From positions 19,775-83,774 of the forward strand of contig JBAYKL010000004.1 of assembly GCA_041664585.1 (NCBI GenBank): 64,000 bases of DNA, in the 5' to 3' direction. The notes under the pieces were generated by a model that was not told where the DNA came from, ran no database searches, and saw only the letters and a program-made list of their open reading frames with translations. Of the stretch, positions 18,899-27,948 are shown piece by piece. Every line of letters starts with the position of its first letter. Positions within the stretch are counted from its first letter, which is position 1. This stretch comes from Minisyncoccota bacterium. GTDB taxonomy: Bacteria; Patescibacteriota; Minisyncoccia; Phycocordibacterales; GWA1-40-21. Position numbers and translations under genes: made by a program.

Positions 18899-18927
18899 AA
18901 AAAACGGCCAGAAAATGGCCGTTTTTT
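18899..18927 (+). terminator. Intrinsic terminator
   Basis: AAAAAACGGCCA-loop-TGGCCGTTTTTT. Confidence 0.8.
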
Positions 18928-18954
18928 CTTTGTAAAAAATGCTATAATTACTCC

Positions 18955-21330
18955 ATGGAAAAGAAAAAAACACTTGTACTGCTTGATGTTCATGCAATTG
19001 TTCATCGTGCATATCATGCACTTCCAGATTTTGCTACAAGTAGTGGAGAGCCAACAGGTGCACTATACGGACTTTCCACAATGCTATTAAAAATTATCTC
19101 TGATTTAAAACCGGATTATATTATTGCATGTTACGATTTACCAAAACCAACTTACAGACATGAAGCTTACAAAGAATATAAGGCGGGGAGAGCAAAGTCC
19201 GATGACGAACTTGTTTCTCAATTAAAAAAGTCTTACGAAATATTCAAGGCTTTTAATATTCCTGTATATTCCAAAGAAGGTTTTGAAGCAGATGATATGA
19301 TCGGAACTATAGTAGAGAATAATAAAAAAGAGAAAAATATAAATATAGTGATTGCTTCTGGAGACATGGATACTCTTCAGCTTGTAGAAGGGGACAAGGT
19401 GAGAGTATATACTTTGAAGAAGGGAATTAAAGATACAATTATTTATAACGAAGAAGCTGTAAAAGAAAGATTTGGTTTTGGTCCAGAACTCCTACCAGAT
19501 TACAAAGGCCTTCGTGGAGATCCGTCCGATAACATTATTGGTATAAAAGGGATTGGGGAAAAAACTGCCACAGATTTAATAATAAATTTTGGTTCCATAG
19601 AAAATATTTATAAAGCGATCAAGAAGGATAAGAATAAACTTTTAGAAGCCGGAATAAAAACAAGAATTATAGATTTACTTGTAGAAGGGGAGGAAGAAGC
19701 AAATTTTTCAAAAATGTTGGGGACAATAAGGCGTGATGCACCAATAGATTTTGCGCTACCAGAAAAAGAATGGAAAGAAGATATAAATATAGAAAACATA
19801 AGTAATTTGTGGTCATCTCTTGAATTCAGAACTCTTGGCGCAAGACTGAAAGATGTTTTGATAAATAAAATGAAAAAGGAAGGTGTAGTTGAAGAAGAAA
19901 AAATCAGTATAAAAGAAACCGATACTAACACTGAAGAAATAAAAGAACTTTCTATAATCCTTTGGCTTATAAATTCCAACATCACAACCCCTACGTTAGA
20001 AGATATTTTTAATTTCACTAGAACAAAATCTTTAGAAGACGCAAAAAAAGTTTTGTATGAAGAATTAGAAAAAAGAAATCTCGGAAAAGTATGGAACGAT
20101 ATAGAGAAACCTATTTTACCTATTGTTATCCAAATGCAAAATAAAGGCGTAAAGATTAATAAAGAAGAATTACAAAAACTTTCAGTAAAATATCATGAAA
20201 GCTTGGATAAATTGCAAAGCAAAATATGGGAATATGCCGGACAGGAGTTTAACGTAAACTCTCCTAAACAGCTTGGTGAAATTCTTTTTGTGAAGCTTGA
20301 ACTTAAGCCTAAGAATCAGAAAAAGACAGGCGCAGGGGCACTTTCTACGAAAGAATCAGAGCTTGAAAAGATGAGAGATATGCACCCCATAATCCCTTTA
20401 ATTTTTGAGTACAGAGAATTACAGAAGTTACTTTCTACCTACATAGATGTTATTCCTACACTTTTAGATGATAACAATAGACTTCATGCAAAATTCTTGC
20501 AGGCGGGAACCACCACAGGACGTATGGCTTCTTCAGAACCAAATTTGCAGAATATTCCAAATGGTAGTGAGCTTGGGAGGAATATAAGAAAAGCTTTTAT
20601 AACAGAGAAAGGTTATAAGCTAGTGGCTTTTGATTATTCTCAGGTTGAGCTTAGGATTGCAGCTTTTCTTTCAAAGGATAAAACACTGTTAGAAATCTTT
20701 AGAAAGGGAGAAGATGTACATACTGCTGTTGCAGCAAAAGTTTTTAATGTTTCTCTTGAAGATGTAGATAAAGAAATGAGAAGAAAAGCTAAGGTGATTA
20801 ACTTTGGAATCATATATGGTATGGGAGTGAATGCTTTGAAAACAAATCTTGGTACAAGTAGGGAAGAGGCTCAGCTTTTCTATAATGAATACTTTAGAAA
20901 TTTTGATGGTTTGGCTAAATATTTAGAGAATGTAAAGATTGATGCTGAGAGACTTGGATATACAGAAACTTTTTTTGGTAGAAGAAGATATTTTGAAGGA
21001 TTAAGATCTAAAGTTCCTTTTATTAAAGCGATGGCTGAAAGAATGGCGATAAATGCACCGATACAGGGAACAGAAGCAGATGTTGTGAAGATCGCTATGG
21101 CTAAAGTAAATGATTATTTAGAAAAGGAAAGGTTAAAAGAAAAAGTTTCTCTTATCCTCCAAGTACACGATGAACTTGTTTATGAAATAGAAGATAGTTT
21201 AGTAGAAAAAGTCGCACCGAAAATAAAAGAAATAATGGAGACGCTAGTTTCTCCAAAAGAAACAGAAGGCGTTGCTTTAAAGGTTGGCGTGTCAGTAGGG
21301 GATGATTGGAAGAGCATGAAGGGAATATAA
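18955..21330 (+). CDS. polA: DNA polymerase I (proofreading domain reduced)
   Basis: 5' nuclease EADD and GDPSDNIIG; polymerase DYSQVELR, KVINFGIIYG, QVHDE; only 791 aa. Confidence 0.97.
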   Translation: MEKKKTLVLLDVHAIVHRAYHALPDFATSSGEPTGALYGLSTMLLKIISDLKPDYIIACYDLPKPTYRHEAYKEYKAGRAKSDDELVSQLKKSYEIFKAFNIPVYSKEGFEADDMIGTIVENNKKEKNINIVIASGDMDTLQLVEGDKVRVYTLKKGIKDTIIYNEEAVKERFGFGPELLPDYKGLRGDPSDNIIGIKGIGEKTATDLIINFGSIENIYKAIKKDKNKLLEAGIKTRIIDLLVEGEEEANFSKMLGTIRRDAPIDFALPEKEWKEDINIENISNLWSSLEFRTLGARLKDVLINKMKKEGVVEEEKISIKETDTNTEEIKELSIILWLINSNITTPTLEDIFNFTRTKSLEDAKKVLYEELEKRNLGKVWNDIEKPILPIVIQMQNKGVKINKEELQKLSVKYHESLDKLQSKIWEYAGQEFNVNSPKQLGEILFVKLELKPKNQKKTGAGALSTKESELEKMRDMHPIIPLIFEYRELQKLLSTYIDVIPTLLDDNNRLHAKFLQAGTTTGRMASSEPNLQNIPNGSELGRNIRKAFITEKGYKLVAFDYSQVELRIAAFLSKDKTLLEIFRKGEDVHTAVAAKVFNVSLEDVDKEMRRKAKVINFGIIYGMGVNALKTNLGTSREEAQLFYNEYFRNFDGLAKYLENVKIDAERLGYTETFFGRRRYFEGLRSKVPFIKAMAERMAINAPIQGTEADVVKIAMAKVNDYLEKERLKEKVSLILQVHDELVYEIEDSLVEKVAPKIKEIMETLVSPKETEGVALKVGVSVGDDWKSMKGI

Positions 21331-21359
21331 AAAGAGGTTCGCGAAGCGAACCTCTTTTT
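21329..21359. terminator. Bidirectional terminator
   Basis: AAAAAGAGGTTCGC-GAA-GCGAACCTCTTTTT. Confidence 0.88.
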
Positions 21360-21360
21360 G

Positions 21361-22419
21361 TTATTTCTGTTCTTCTAAAAATTTCCAAACTTTTTCATTA
21401 ACTAACTGCATTTCTACATATGCTCTTGTTCTCTCTGGGTCAGCGCCTTTGTAATATTCAATAAGTTTAGCTGTTTCTTTTTCTATTTCTTCTTTATCTG
21501 CTTCTAATTTTTCTTCAATAGCTATCTTTTGTAATATTATTTGAAGTTTTGCTCTCTTCTCTGCATCTGGAATCCATTCTTTCTTTAAATCCTCAATTGA
21601 TTTTTTAATGTGTTTTAAGTAGTCCTCTAATTTCAAACCCATTCTAGCTATATCATCTGCAAATTGAGCTTCCATTTTCATGATCTCATTTTCTACAAGA
21701 GTTTTTGGCATTTCAATCTTAGAATCTTCAATAATATTTTCTATTATTGTAAGTTTGTTTTTATCTTTTGCTTTGAATTCTTTTTCCTTAGAGATATTTT
21801 CTTTTAACTTTGTCTTGAAATCAGCTACATCTGTAAATTCACCAAGTTTCTTTACAAATTCATCACTTACTTCTGGTAGGGGAATCTCCTCACCTTCTTT
21901 ATGGGTTTCACCTGGAGCATGAGTATGGTTTTGTTGTGCATACATCTTTCTGATTTCTTCAATCGTGTCTTCTACTTGTTTATCAGAAACTTCTTCCACT
22001 TTTAATTCTTTAGAATTTTCTTTTTTAGCTATTTTTTTATAGTCGGCAAGTTTTACTTCTGGCATTGTTGTAATAACAATCTTAAATTCTATTGGAGCGC
22101 CAATAGCTATTTTAGATATAGATATATTTGGTCTACCCAAGAAGTTTATTTTAGCTTCTGCTATTATTTCTATAGCACAATCATTTATTGCAAGTTCAGA
22201 AGCATCCTCAATTAATCCAAGTTCACCAATTTTTTCTTTGAGCATATTTTCAGGAACTTTTCCTTTTCTAAAGCCTGGCATTTCAGCAACAGTCTGAAAA
22301 TCTTTTAAGGCTTTTACTTTATATGATTCAAGGTCTCCTTGTTCTATTTCCGCTGTAATTTCTACTTCGCAGTCAGGAAGCTTTTTTGTATCTTTTATCT
22401 TATATATTTTGTTTTTCAT
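21361..22419 (-). CDS. tig: Trigger factor lacking the FKBP PPIase domain
   Basis: GFRKGKVP signature; 352 aa; N domain joined to C domain by a short linker. Confidence 0.93.
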   Translation of the reverse strand: MKNKIYKIKDTKKLPDCEVEITAEIEQGDLESYKVKALKDFQTVAEMPGFRKGKVPENMLKEKIGELGLIEDASELAINDCAIEIIAEAKINFLGRPNISISKIAIGAPIEFKIVITTMPEVKLADYKKIAKKENSKELKVEEVSDKQVEDTIEEIRKMYAQQNHTHAPGETHKEGEEIPLPEVSDEFVKKLGEFTDVADFKTKLKENISKEKEFKAKDKNKLTIIENIIEDSKIEMPKTLVENEIMKMEAQFADDIARMGLKLEDYLKHIKKSIEDLKKEWIPDAEKRAKLQIILQKIAIEEKLEADKEEIEKETAKLIEYYKGADPERTRAYVEMQLVNEKVWKFLEEQK

Positions 22420-22454
22420 ATAAAATGCAGTTTATACGAAAAAGGGGAAAAATG

Positions 22455-22487
22455 CAAAAGGATGAACATTTCGTGTTCATCCTTTTG
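22455..22487 (-). terminator. Intrinsic terminator
   Basis: CAAAAGGATGAACA-loop-TGTTCATCCTTTTG. Confidence 0.75.
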
Positions 22488-22488
22488 T

Positions 22489-22698
22489 TTATTGTATTGT
22501 TGATGTAGAAACTTCTTTTATAATCTCTCCTTCATTGACTGTTGCTGTCTGTCTTGCTGAATCTAACAAGGCCTGGAAACTTTTTTGTCTCTCGATACCT
22601 TTTTGATAGAAATAATAGGCTCCGGCTAAAAGAATAATAACAACTATAATTGCTCCAATCATCGTTCCTATGCTATTAGATCCTTTAGAGTTATCCAT
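22489..22698 (-). CDS. Small single-TM hypothetical protein
   Basis: IGAIIVVIILLAGAYYFY; lies between two terminators. Confidence 0.75.
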   Translation of the reverse strand: MDNSKGSNSIGTMIGAIIVVIILLAGAYYFYQKGIERQKSFQALLDSARQTATVNEGEIIKEVSTSTIQ

Positions 22699-22738
22699 AC
22701 TGAAATTGTATATTTTTTCTAAAAAAAAGCAAACAGAA

Positions 22739-22770
22739 ATTAAAAAACCACCGAACGGTGGTTTTTTAAT
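22739..22770 (-). terminator. Terminator after nusA
   Basis: ATTAAAAAACCACCG-AA-CGGTGGTTTTTTAAT. Confidence 0.85.
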
Positions 22771-23976
22771 TTATTTTGTTTCCTTATCTTCCGTAGGTTC
22801 TTCTACGAATTCTCCCTCAACAGCTATTATATCTATCTTCCAACCAGTAAGTTTTGCTGCTAAGCGAACATTTTGTCCACCTTTACCAATAGCTAGTGAT
22901 TGTTGCTCTGCAGCCACTTCAACAACAGCCTTCTTTTCTGTTTCGTCTATTGTTACGCTAAGAGCTTGAGCAGGAGACAAGGCATCTTCTATGAATTTCT
23001 TAGGATCTGCTGACCATTCCATAAGGTCAATCTTTTCTCCACCGAGTTCTGACATAACTGTTGAAACTCTAACACCTCTTTGCCCAACAAGTGAACCAAC
23101 AGGATCAATATGATCGCTTTTTGATACAACGGCAATTTTTGATCTTGATCCAGCTTCTCTTGCGATAGCTTTTATTTCTACTGTTCCGTCATTTAATTCA
23201 GGAGCTTCTGTTTTGAATAATTCTTCCAAGAATTTTGGATGTGATCTTGAGAGTCTCAAGAATATTCCTTTTGGAGTTTCTTCTACTTTGTATAGATATC
23301 CTCTGATTCTTTCTCCAGGATTATATTTTTCTCCAGGGATCTGTTCTTCGAAAGGGAGTACCGCAGTAGCTTTACCCATATCTACGAATACATTTCCTCT
23401 TTCTGTTCTTTGTACTGTACCAGTAATTATTTTTCCTTCCTTTTCTCCGTATTCATTGAATACAGAAACTTTTTCTGCTTCTCTGATTTTTTGTATAATG
23501 ACTTGCTTTGCAGTTTGAGCAGCAATTCTTCCGAAATCACTCTTCTCTTCAAGAGGGAATATAAGCTCATCACCGATTTGTGAATCTCTTTTTATTTTCT
23601 TAGCATCTTCGATGAAGATATGGTGTTCAGGGTTGTAGTAAACTATCTTTTCGCCAGTCTCTTCGTTGATTTCAATTTTCTCTCCATCAAACTTATCGAA
23701 ACCTCTTTCTCTTTTGTAGTCTTTGTTGTCTTCTTTTGGAGCTTCTTCTTTTATAAGAACAGCATCCTTGTCTACGACAAGTTTAACCTGCAAGAATTCA
23801 GCCTTTCCGCTGTTAAGGTCTACTTTTGCTTTTATTATTTGTCCTTTTTTCCCATATTCTTTTTTATAGGCAGTAGCAAGAGACATTTCAATAGCTTCAA
23901 GCATTTTTTCTCTTGGTATTCCTCTTTCTGCTTCCATCTGTTCTATAACAGAATTTATTACTTTTAGGTCTAACAT
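22771..23976 (-). CDS. nusA: Transcription factor NusA
   Basis: FGRIAAQTAKQVI, AREAGSRSKIAV, AIGKGGQNVRLA; start set to MLDLK. Confidence 0.98.
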   Translation of the reverse strand: MLDLKVINSVIEQMEAERGIPREKMLEAIEMSLATAYKKEYGKKGQIIKAKVDLNSGKAEFLQVKLVVDKDAVLIKEEAPKEDNKDYKRERGFDKFDGEKIEINEETGEKIVYYNPEHHIFIEDAKKIKRDSQIGDELIFPLEEKSDFGRIAAQTAKQVIIQKIREAEKVSVFNEYGEKEGKIITGTVQRTERGNVFVDMGKATAVLPFEEQIPGEKYNPGERIRGYLYKVEETPKGIFLRLSRSHPKFLEELFKTEAPELNDGTVEIKAIAREAGSRSKIAVVSKSDHIDPVGSLVGQRGVRVSTVMSELGGEKIDLMEWSADPKKFIEDALSPAQALSVTIDETEKKAVVEVAAEQQSLAIGKGGQNVRLAAKLTGWKIDIIAVEGEFVEEPTEDKETK

Positions 23977-23998
23977 ATTAGTGTTTATTAACTTTTCT

Positions 23999-24068
23999 AA
24001 AAAAACGGGTTCGCCTTTCGGGCGAACCAATTACTAAACAATAGTATCAAATTGCTATTTTTTGTCAA
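23999..24068 (-). promoter_or_regulatory. nusA promoter plus leader hairpin (possible attenuator)
   Basis: Minus strand TTGACA-N16-TACTAT, then GGTTCGCC-CGAAA-GGCGAACC-CG-T7 before the ATG. Confidence 0.65.
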
Positions 24069-24086
24069 TCGTTTTATAATTTGTGC

Positions 24087-24551
24087 ATGAAAAACGCCAC
24101 CCATTTCGATTTTTATAAGAAAAAAAACTTTCTCGTATATTTTTCTTCTTTGATTGTTATATTAATTTTAATTACGATTGTTTATTTCTCCTATTTTCAT
24201 AAAAAGGCAGATGTTGCCCCTGTGTCGCAAATTCAGAGATCTCTTATAGATACAAGGTTCCTCGTTTTATATGGAGAAGTCTCTAAGATAGGAAAAGCTT
24301 TTGTAAATATTGAAATCAGAAAAGATTCTAAACTAACAGACTATGTATTTGATGATGCCGGTAATATTAAAGTAGTAGTAGGACCTAGTTTAATTATAAA
24401 AGGATTCGATGTTGATAAAAAAGTTTATAGAGATTTAAAGATCTCTGATATTAAAATAGGCGATTTTATTACTGTTTATATAGATAATGCAACTTCTTCT
24501 GGATATAAGGCGATGGGCATAAAAGTTTTTAGTGAAAATATTATCAAATAA
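24087..24551 (+). CDS. Membrane-anchored hypothetical protein (beta-rich, OB-like ectodomain)
   Basis: One N-terminal TM; ISDIKIGDFITV motif; 2 nt before the next gene. Confidence 0.7.
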   Translation: MKNATHFDFYKKKNFLVYFSSLIVILILITIVYFSYFHKKADVAPVSQIQRSLIDTRFLVLYGEVSKIGKAFVNIEIRKDSKLTDYVFDDAGNIKVVVGPSLIIKGFDVDKKVYRDLKISDIKIGDFITVYIDNATSSGYKAMGIKVFSENIIK

Positions 24552-24553
24552 AT

Positions 24554-27500
24554 ATGAAATTAAGATCAAAATTAATTTTAATATCTCTTGTTTCGTTGTC
24601 TTTTTGTTTTGTTTCTTCTGTTTTTGCTGCCGGTTGTGGAAAGGAATATTCATCAGAAGGGGATTACTATTATCAGTGTGATGGAACTCAGGTTACACAA
24701 ACGGCTGTTGTAATGTTCGGAGATATTATAGATAATTTTACGAATTCATCGACTACGGCTTCTTGGAGGTTTTATGATGGTGTAAACAAAAGAGAAGCTT
24801 TTTATACAACGGTTTTACCGCCGTTAAACGTTAGTTTAGTCATCTCCTCTAGTAGAACCGACTATGATATATTTACCGCTGCTGGCTCGCCCACATTTCC
24901 TGTAAACATTACTTTAACTATTGCTTCTGGAACGGTGGTATCTTCTACTAGAAGTGATAGGGGAGCAATTTATGGTAGTCAAAATCTACCAGCGGGATCT
25001 ATTGTTTCTATAATAAATAACGGAGCTATTATTGGAAGAGGAGGAGACGGAGGTGGAGCTGCTGGTCCAAATTGGCTTACAAATGGTGTTGGTTCACAAA
25101 ACGGTGGATCTGCTATTTCGTTAGTTGCTAATTCTAGTATTGTCACAAATAATGGGAAAATTTATGGCGGAGGAGGCGGAGGTGGCTATTGTCCTAAGGG
25201 AGGTCCAATTGGTGTGTATTATCCTGGTGATCCTGTTTATGTTTGGGGAGGTGCTGGAGGCGGAGCAGGAGGTAGCTCTGGTGGTCACGGATCATGCGGT
25301 TATGCACAAGGTGGTACTTCTGGAATAAACGGTACTCCAGGTAATGGTATTACGTGTAGCGGTAAGGGTGGCGGTGCCGGAGGTTCTTATGGTTCTCCTG
25401 GGGTTGTAGCTACTTGTACGGCCGGTCAAGATTACTGGATGGGCCCAGCTGCCGGAGGTAACTCTATATTAACTAGTAATTTTGATTTATGTATTGATGG
25501 AAACTCTTCTAGTACTGTAAAAGGGGATATTAGTAGTGCTTATAATGTAAGTTGTCCTTTTACTAAAGCACCGCTTCCTACCGTTACAATTTCAGCTACT
25601 CCTAACCCAGTAGTTTATGGTAACTCTAGCGTCGTAACATGGTCTTCGACAAACACTGTGTCGTGCTCTGCGGTGGATGGATGGGCTACCTCTAGCTCAA
25701 TAAGCGGATCTGCAAATATTAATATCTTGAGATTGAATAAAAGTTTTACGATATCTTGTGTAACAAATAATGGAACTATTACTTATGCAACTACTACGGT
25801 ACAGGTAAGCCCCGCTCCACCTACGTCCCAGAGGATGATAAATTCTGGTCTTATCGGATACTGGCCCTTTGATGAAGCGTCTGGATCAAAAGCAGTAGAT
25901 TATTCTGTTAATGGTAATGATGGAAATATTCTCAATGGGGTTTCAATAAATCAGCCTGGTAAAATTGGAAGAGCTTATGGTTTTGATGGTGTTGATGATA
26001 TTGTTAACCTTGGCAATTTTGATTCATATCTTGTTGGTAAAGAAAATTTATCTTTTTCTGCTTGGATAAAAGGAGATACTTTTAATACTAATAAAACTAT
26101 TTTATCAAACACACTTGATGGTGCTGCACAGTTAGAATTTTATATTAACCCAACAAGTATATCTTTTTGTGACTATACCAATGGGGTGCCAAATGGTTGG
26201 TGTCCAGGTGTTTTTAATCAAAGTCTTAGTTTAAGTAGTTGGCATCTTCTAGTTGCTGTATTTCGTCCTGGCACGGTTGAACTTTTTGTTGATGGTGTGT
26301 CTGTCGGTAGTAAATCTGTATCTGGTGCAACAGCGAGACAGTCTGGTTCAAATGCCAAGAATCTTATAATTGGTGGGAGGTCTGTTGCTAGTTATATGAA
26401 TAAGTGGGACGGCATGATAGATGAGGTGGCTATTTGGGATAGGCCTCTTTCAAGCCAGGATGTTTTTGATTTGTATAATGGTGGTCAAGGTATGAGCTTA
26501 ATCAATTCTTGTCCTTCTGGGGAAGAATATATTTATACTGGTAGCTATGATGTTCCACCTTCAACATATGATATTCCTGATACTATGAATTGTGGATGTG
26601 GAGATGATTCAAATTCTTGTGGTTGTGGTGATTCTTACTCTTGCCCATGTGGTGATTCAAATAGTTGCCCTTGCGGGGATGATTCAATGTCTTGTGAGTG
26701 TGGAGACGATTCTTATTCTTGCAGTTGTGGAGATTATGGATGTGAAATCTGGGAAGGTTCATATGATTGTGCGTGTGGTAATGAAATTTATCTTCCAGAA
26801 GAATGGGGTTATTGTTGTGAAGACTTGGTGCCAGACACAATGTCTTGTGAGTGTGGGGACGATTCTTATTCTTGTGGATATTGGGGAGACGAGCCTTGCG
26901 GCGATGATTCCTATTCTTGTGCCTGTGGCGATGAATACTGGGAGCCATACGAATGTTTATGTAGTATGGAATATTATGAGCCTGATACTATGGATTGTTA
27001 TTGTGGAGATCAGGAGGTTTGTGTCGTTGATAACAATAATTGTTCTTGTGGAGACTCTTACTCTTGCGCGTGTGGTAACGATTCTAATTCTTGTCCGTGT
27101 GGCGGAGACCTAAATTCTTGTTTTTGTGGAGATGATCCTTACACTTGCGGTTGCGGAGATGAAACGATGTCTTGTCTTTGTGATAACGCTTATAGTACAT
27201 ATGTTCCAGGATGGACTGAATACACTGGACGTTGTGTCCCGACAGATACTTTAGAAACCTTTATTGTGTCCCCAAGTGAAGTTCTTCCTGACAATAAATT
27301 TAATTTAAGTTATCGTACAAGCAACTTCAACCCTGGGGATACTTGCGTTGCTTCTGGTGGTTATGGTTGGTCTGGAACCCTCAATACAAATCCGACTATA
27401 CAGATAGAGGTTGGACCAATACCGACAAGCAAGACTTTTAATTTGATTTGTACTAGGGCCTCAGATAGCAAAACCGCTTCCGATTCAAAAACTATTAATC

Positions 27501-27847
27501 TAATTACACAACAACCAAATCATCTTACTTATACGGAAGAGGATGGTGTGGTGTGTAGTGTTGAGCAAGCAGGTAGAAATGGAAAGATATATGTAAACAA
27601 AAATACCATTTGGACATTAAATTCCCCAGTGGATTTATTAAACTATTCTATATCTACAGAATGGTTTGGTGATGGTATTAATACAATAACGAACTCTACG
27701 AGTACGTCTAAAATTTATACAACCGTTGGTCTTAAAAAAATAGCAGCCACTACAACTGCGACTAAGATTGGAGGAACCACCTACTATCTTATTTGTTCTA
27801 CCTCTACAAATGTTATTTTAGGTAACGATCTTATAAAGGAGATTTAG
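24554..27847 (+). CDS. Large secreted multidomain surface protein: Gly-rich domain, Ig-like, LamG, Cys/Asp repeat, Ig/PKD-like
   Basis: Signal peptide VFA-A; GRGGDGG and GGGGGGG blocks; GYWPFDE...IDEVAIWDRPLS; CxCGD repeats. Confidence 0.85.
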   Translation: MKLRSKLILISLVSLSFCFVSSVFAAGCGKEYSSEGDYYYQCDGTQVTQTAVVMFGDIIDNFTNSSTTASWRFYDGVNKREAFYTTVLPPLNVSLVISSSRTDYDIFTAAGSPTFPVNITLTIASGTVVSSTRSDRGAIYGSQNLPAGSIVSIINNGAIIGRGGDGGGAAGPNWLTNGVGSQNGGSAISLVANSSIVTNNGKIYGGGGGGGYCPKGGPIGVYYPGDPVYVWGGAGGGAGGSSGGHGSCGYAQGGTSGINGTPGNGITCSGKGGGAGGSYGSPGVVATCTAGQDYWMGPAAGGNSILTSNFDLCIDGNSSSTVKGDISSAYNVSCPFTKAPLPTVTISATPNPVVYGNSSVVTWSSTNTVSCSAVDGWATSSSISGSANINILRLNKSFTISCVTNNGTITYATTTVQVSPAPPTSQRMINSGLIGYWPFDEASGSKAVDYSVNGNDGNILNGVSINQPGKIGRAYGFDGVDDIVNLGNFDSYLVGKENLSFSAWIKGDTFNTNKTILSNTLDGAAQLEFYINPTSISFCDYTNGVPNGWCPGVFNQSLSLSSWHLLVAVFRPGTVELFVDGVSVGSKSVSGATARQSGSNAKNLIIGGRSVASYMNKWDGMIDEVAIWDRPLSSQDVFDLYNGGQGMSLINSCPSGEEYIYTGSYDVPPSTYDIPDTMNCGCGDDSNSCGCGDSYSCPCGDSNSCPCGDDSMSCECGDDSYSCSCGDYGCEIWEGSYDCACGNEIYLPEEWGYCCEDLVPDTMSCECGDDSYSCGYWGDEPCGDDSYSCACGDEYWEPYECLCSMEYYEPDTMDCYCGDQEVCVVDNNNCSCGDSYSCACGNDSNSCPCGGDLNSCFCGDDPYTCGCGDETMSCLCDNAYSTYVPGWTEYTGRCVPTDTLETFIVSPSEVLPDNKFNLSYRTSNFNPGDTCVASGGYGWSGTLNTNPTIQIEVGPIPTSKTFNLICTRASDSKTASDSKTINLITQQPNHLTYTEEDGVVCSVEQAGRNGKIYVNKNTIWTLNSPVDLLNYSISTEWFGDGINTITNSTSTSKIYTTVGLKKIAATTTATKIGGTTYYLICSTSTNVILGNDLIKEI
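26587..27190 (+). repeat. Intragenic CxCGD(D)SxS tandem repeat
   Basis: Around twenty degenerate 8-9 aa units; 37-nt DNA direct repeat at 26685-26721 and 26838-26874 with one mismatch. Confidence 0.9.
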
Positions 27848-27948
27848 TATGAATTATACAAAGGGTGGGTATAAGGAGTTTATCTTTTTATTATACTCCT
27901 AAATTCCTATTTCTTTATATTACGATAATGATATAATTATTTGTAATT

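Noticed and set aside
24824-25535. Prophage remnant suggested by the tail-adhesin-like Gly-rich domain
   Set aside because: It sits in a signal-peptide protein among housekeeping and pilus genes; no integrase, capsid or terminase
26587-27190. Periodic TGTGG(A/T/C)GA(T/C) DNA as a CRISPR array
   Set aside because: Units are 24-27 nt, in frame, degenerate at third positions, with no unique spacers or cas genes
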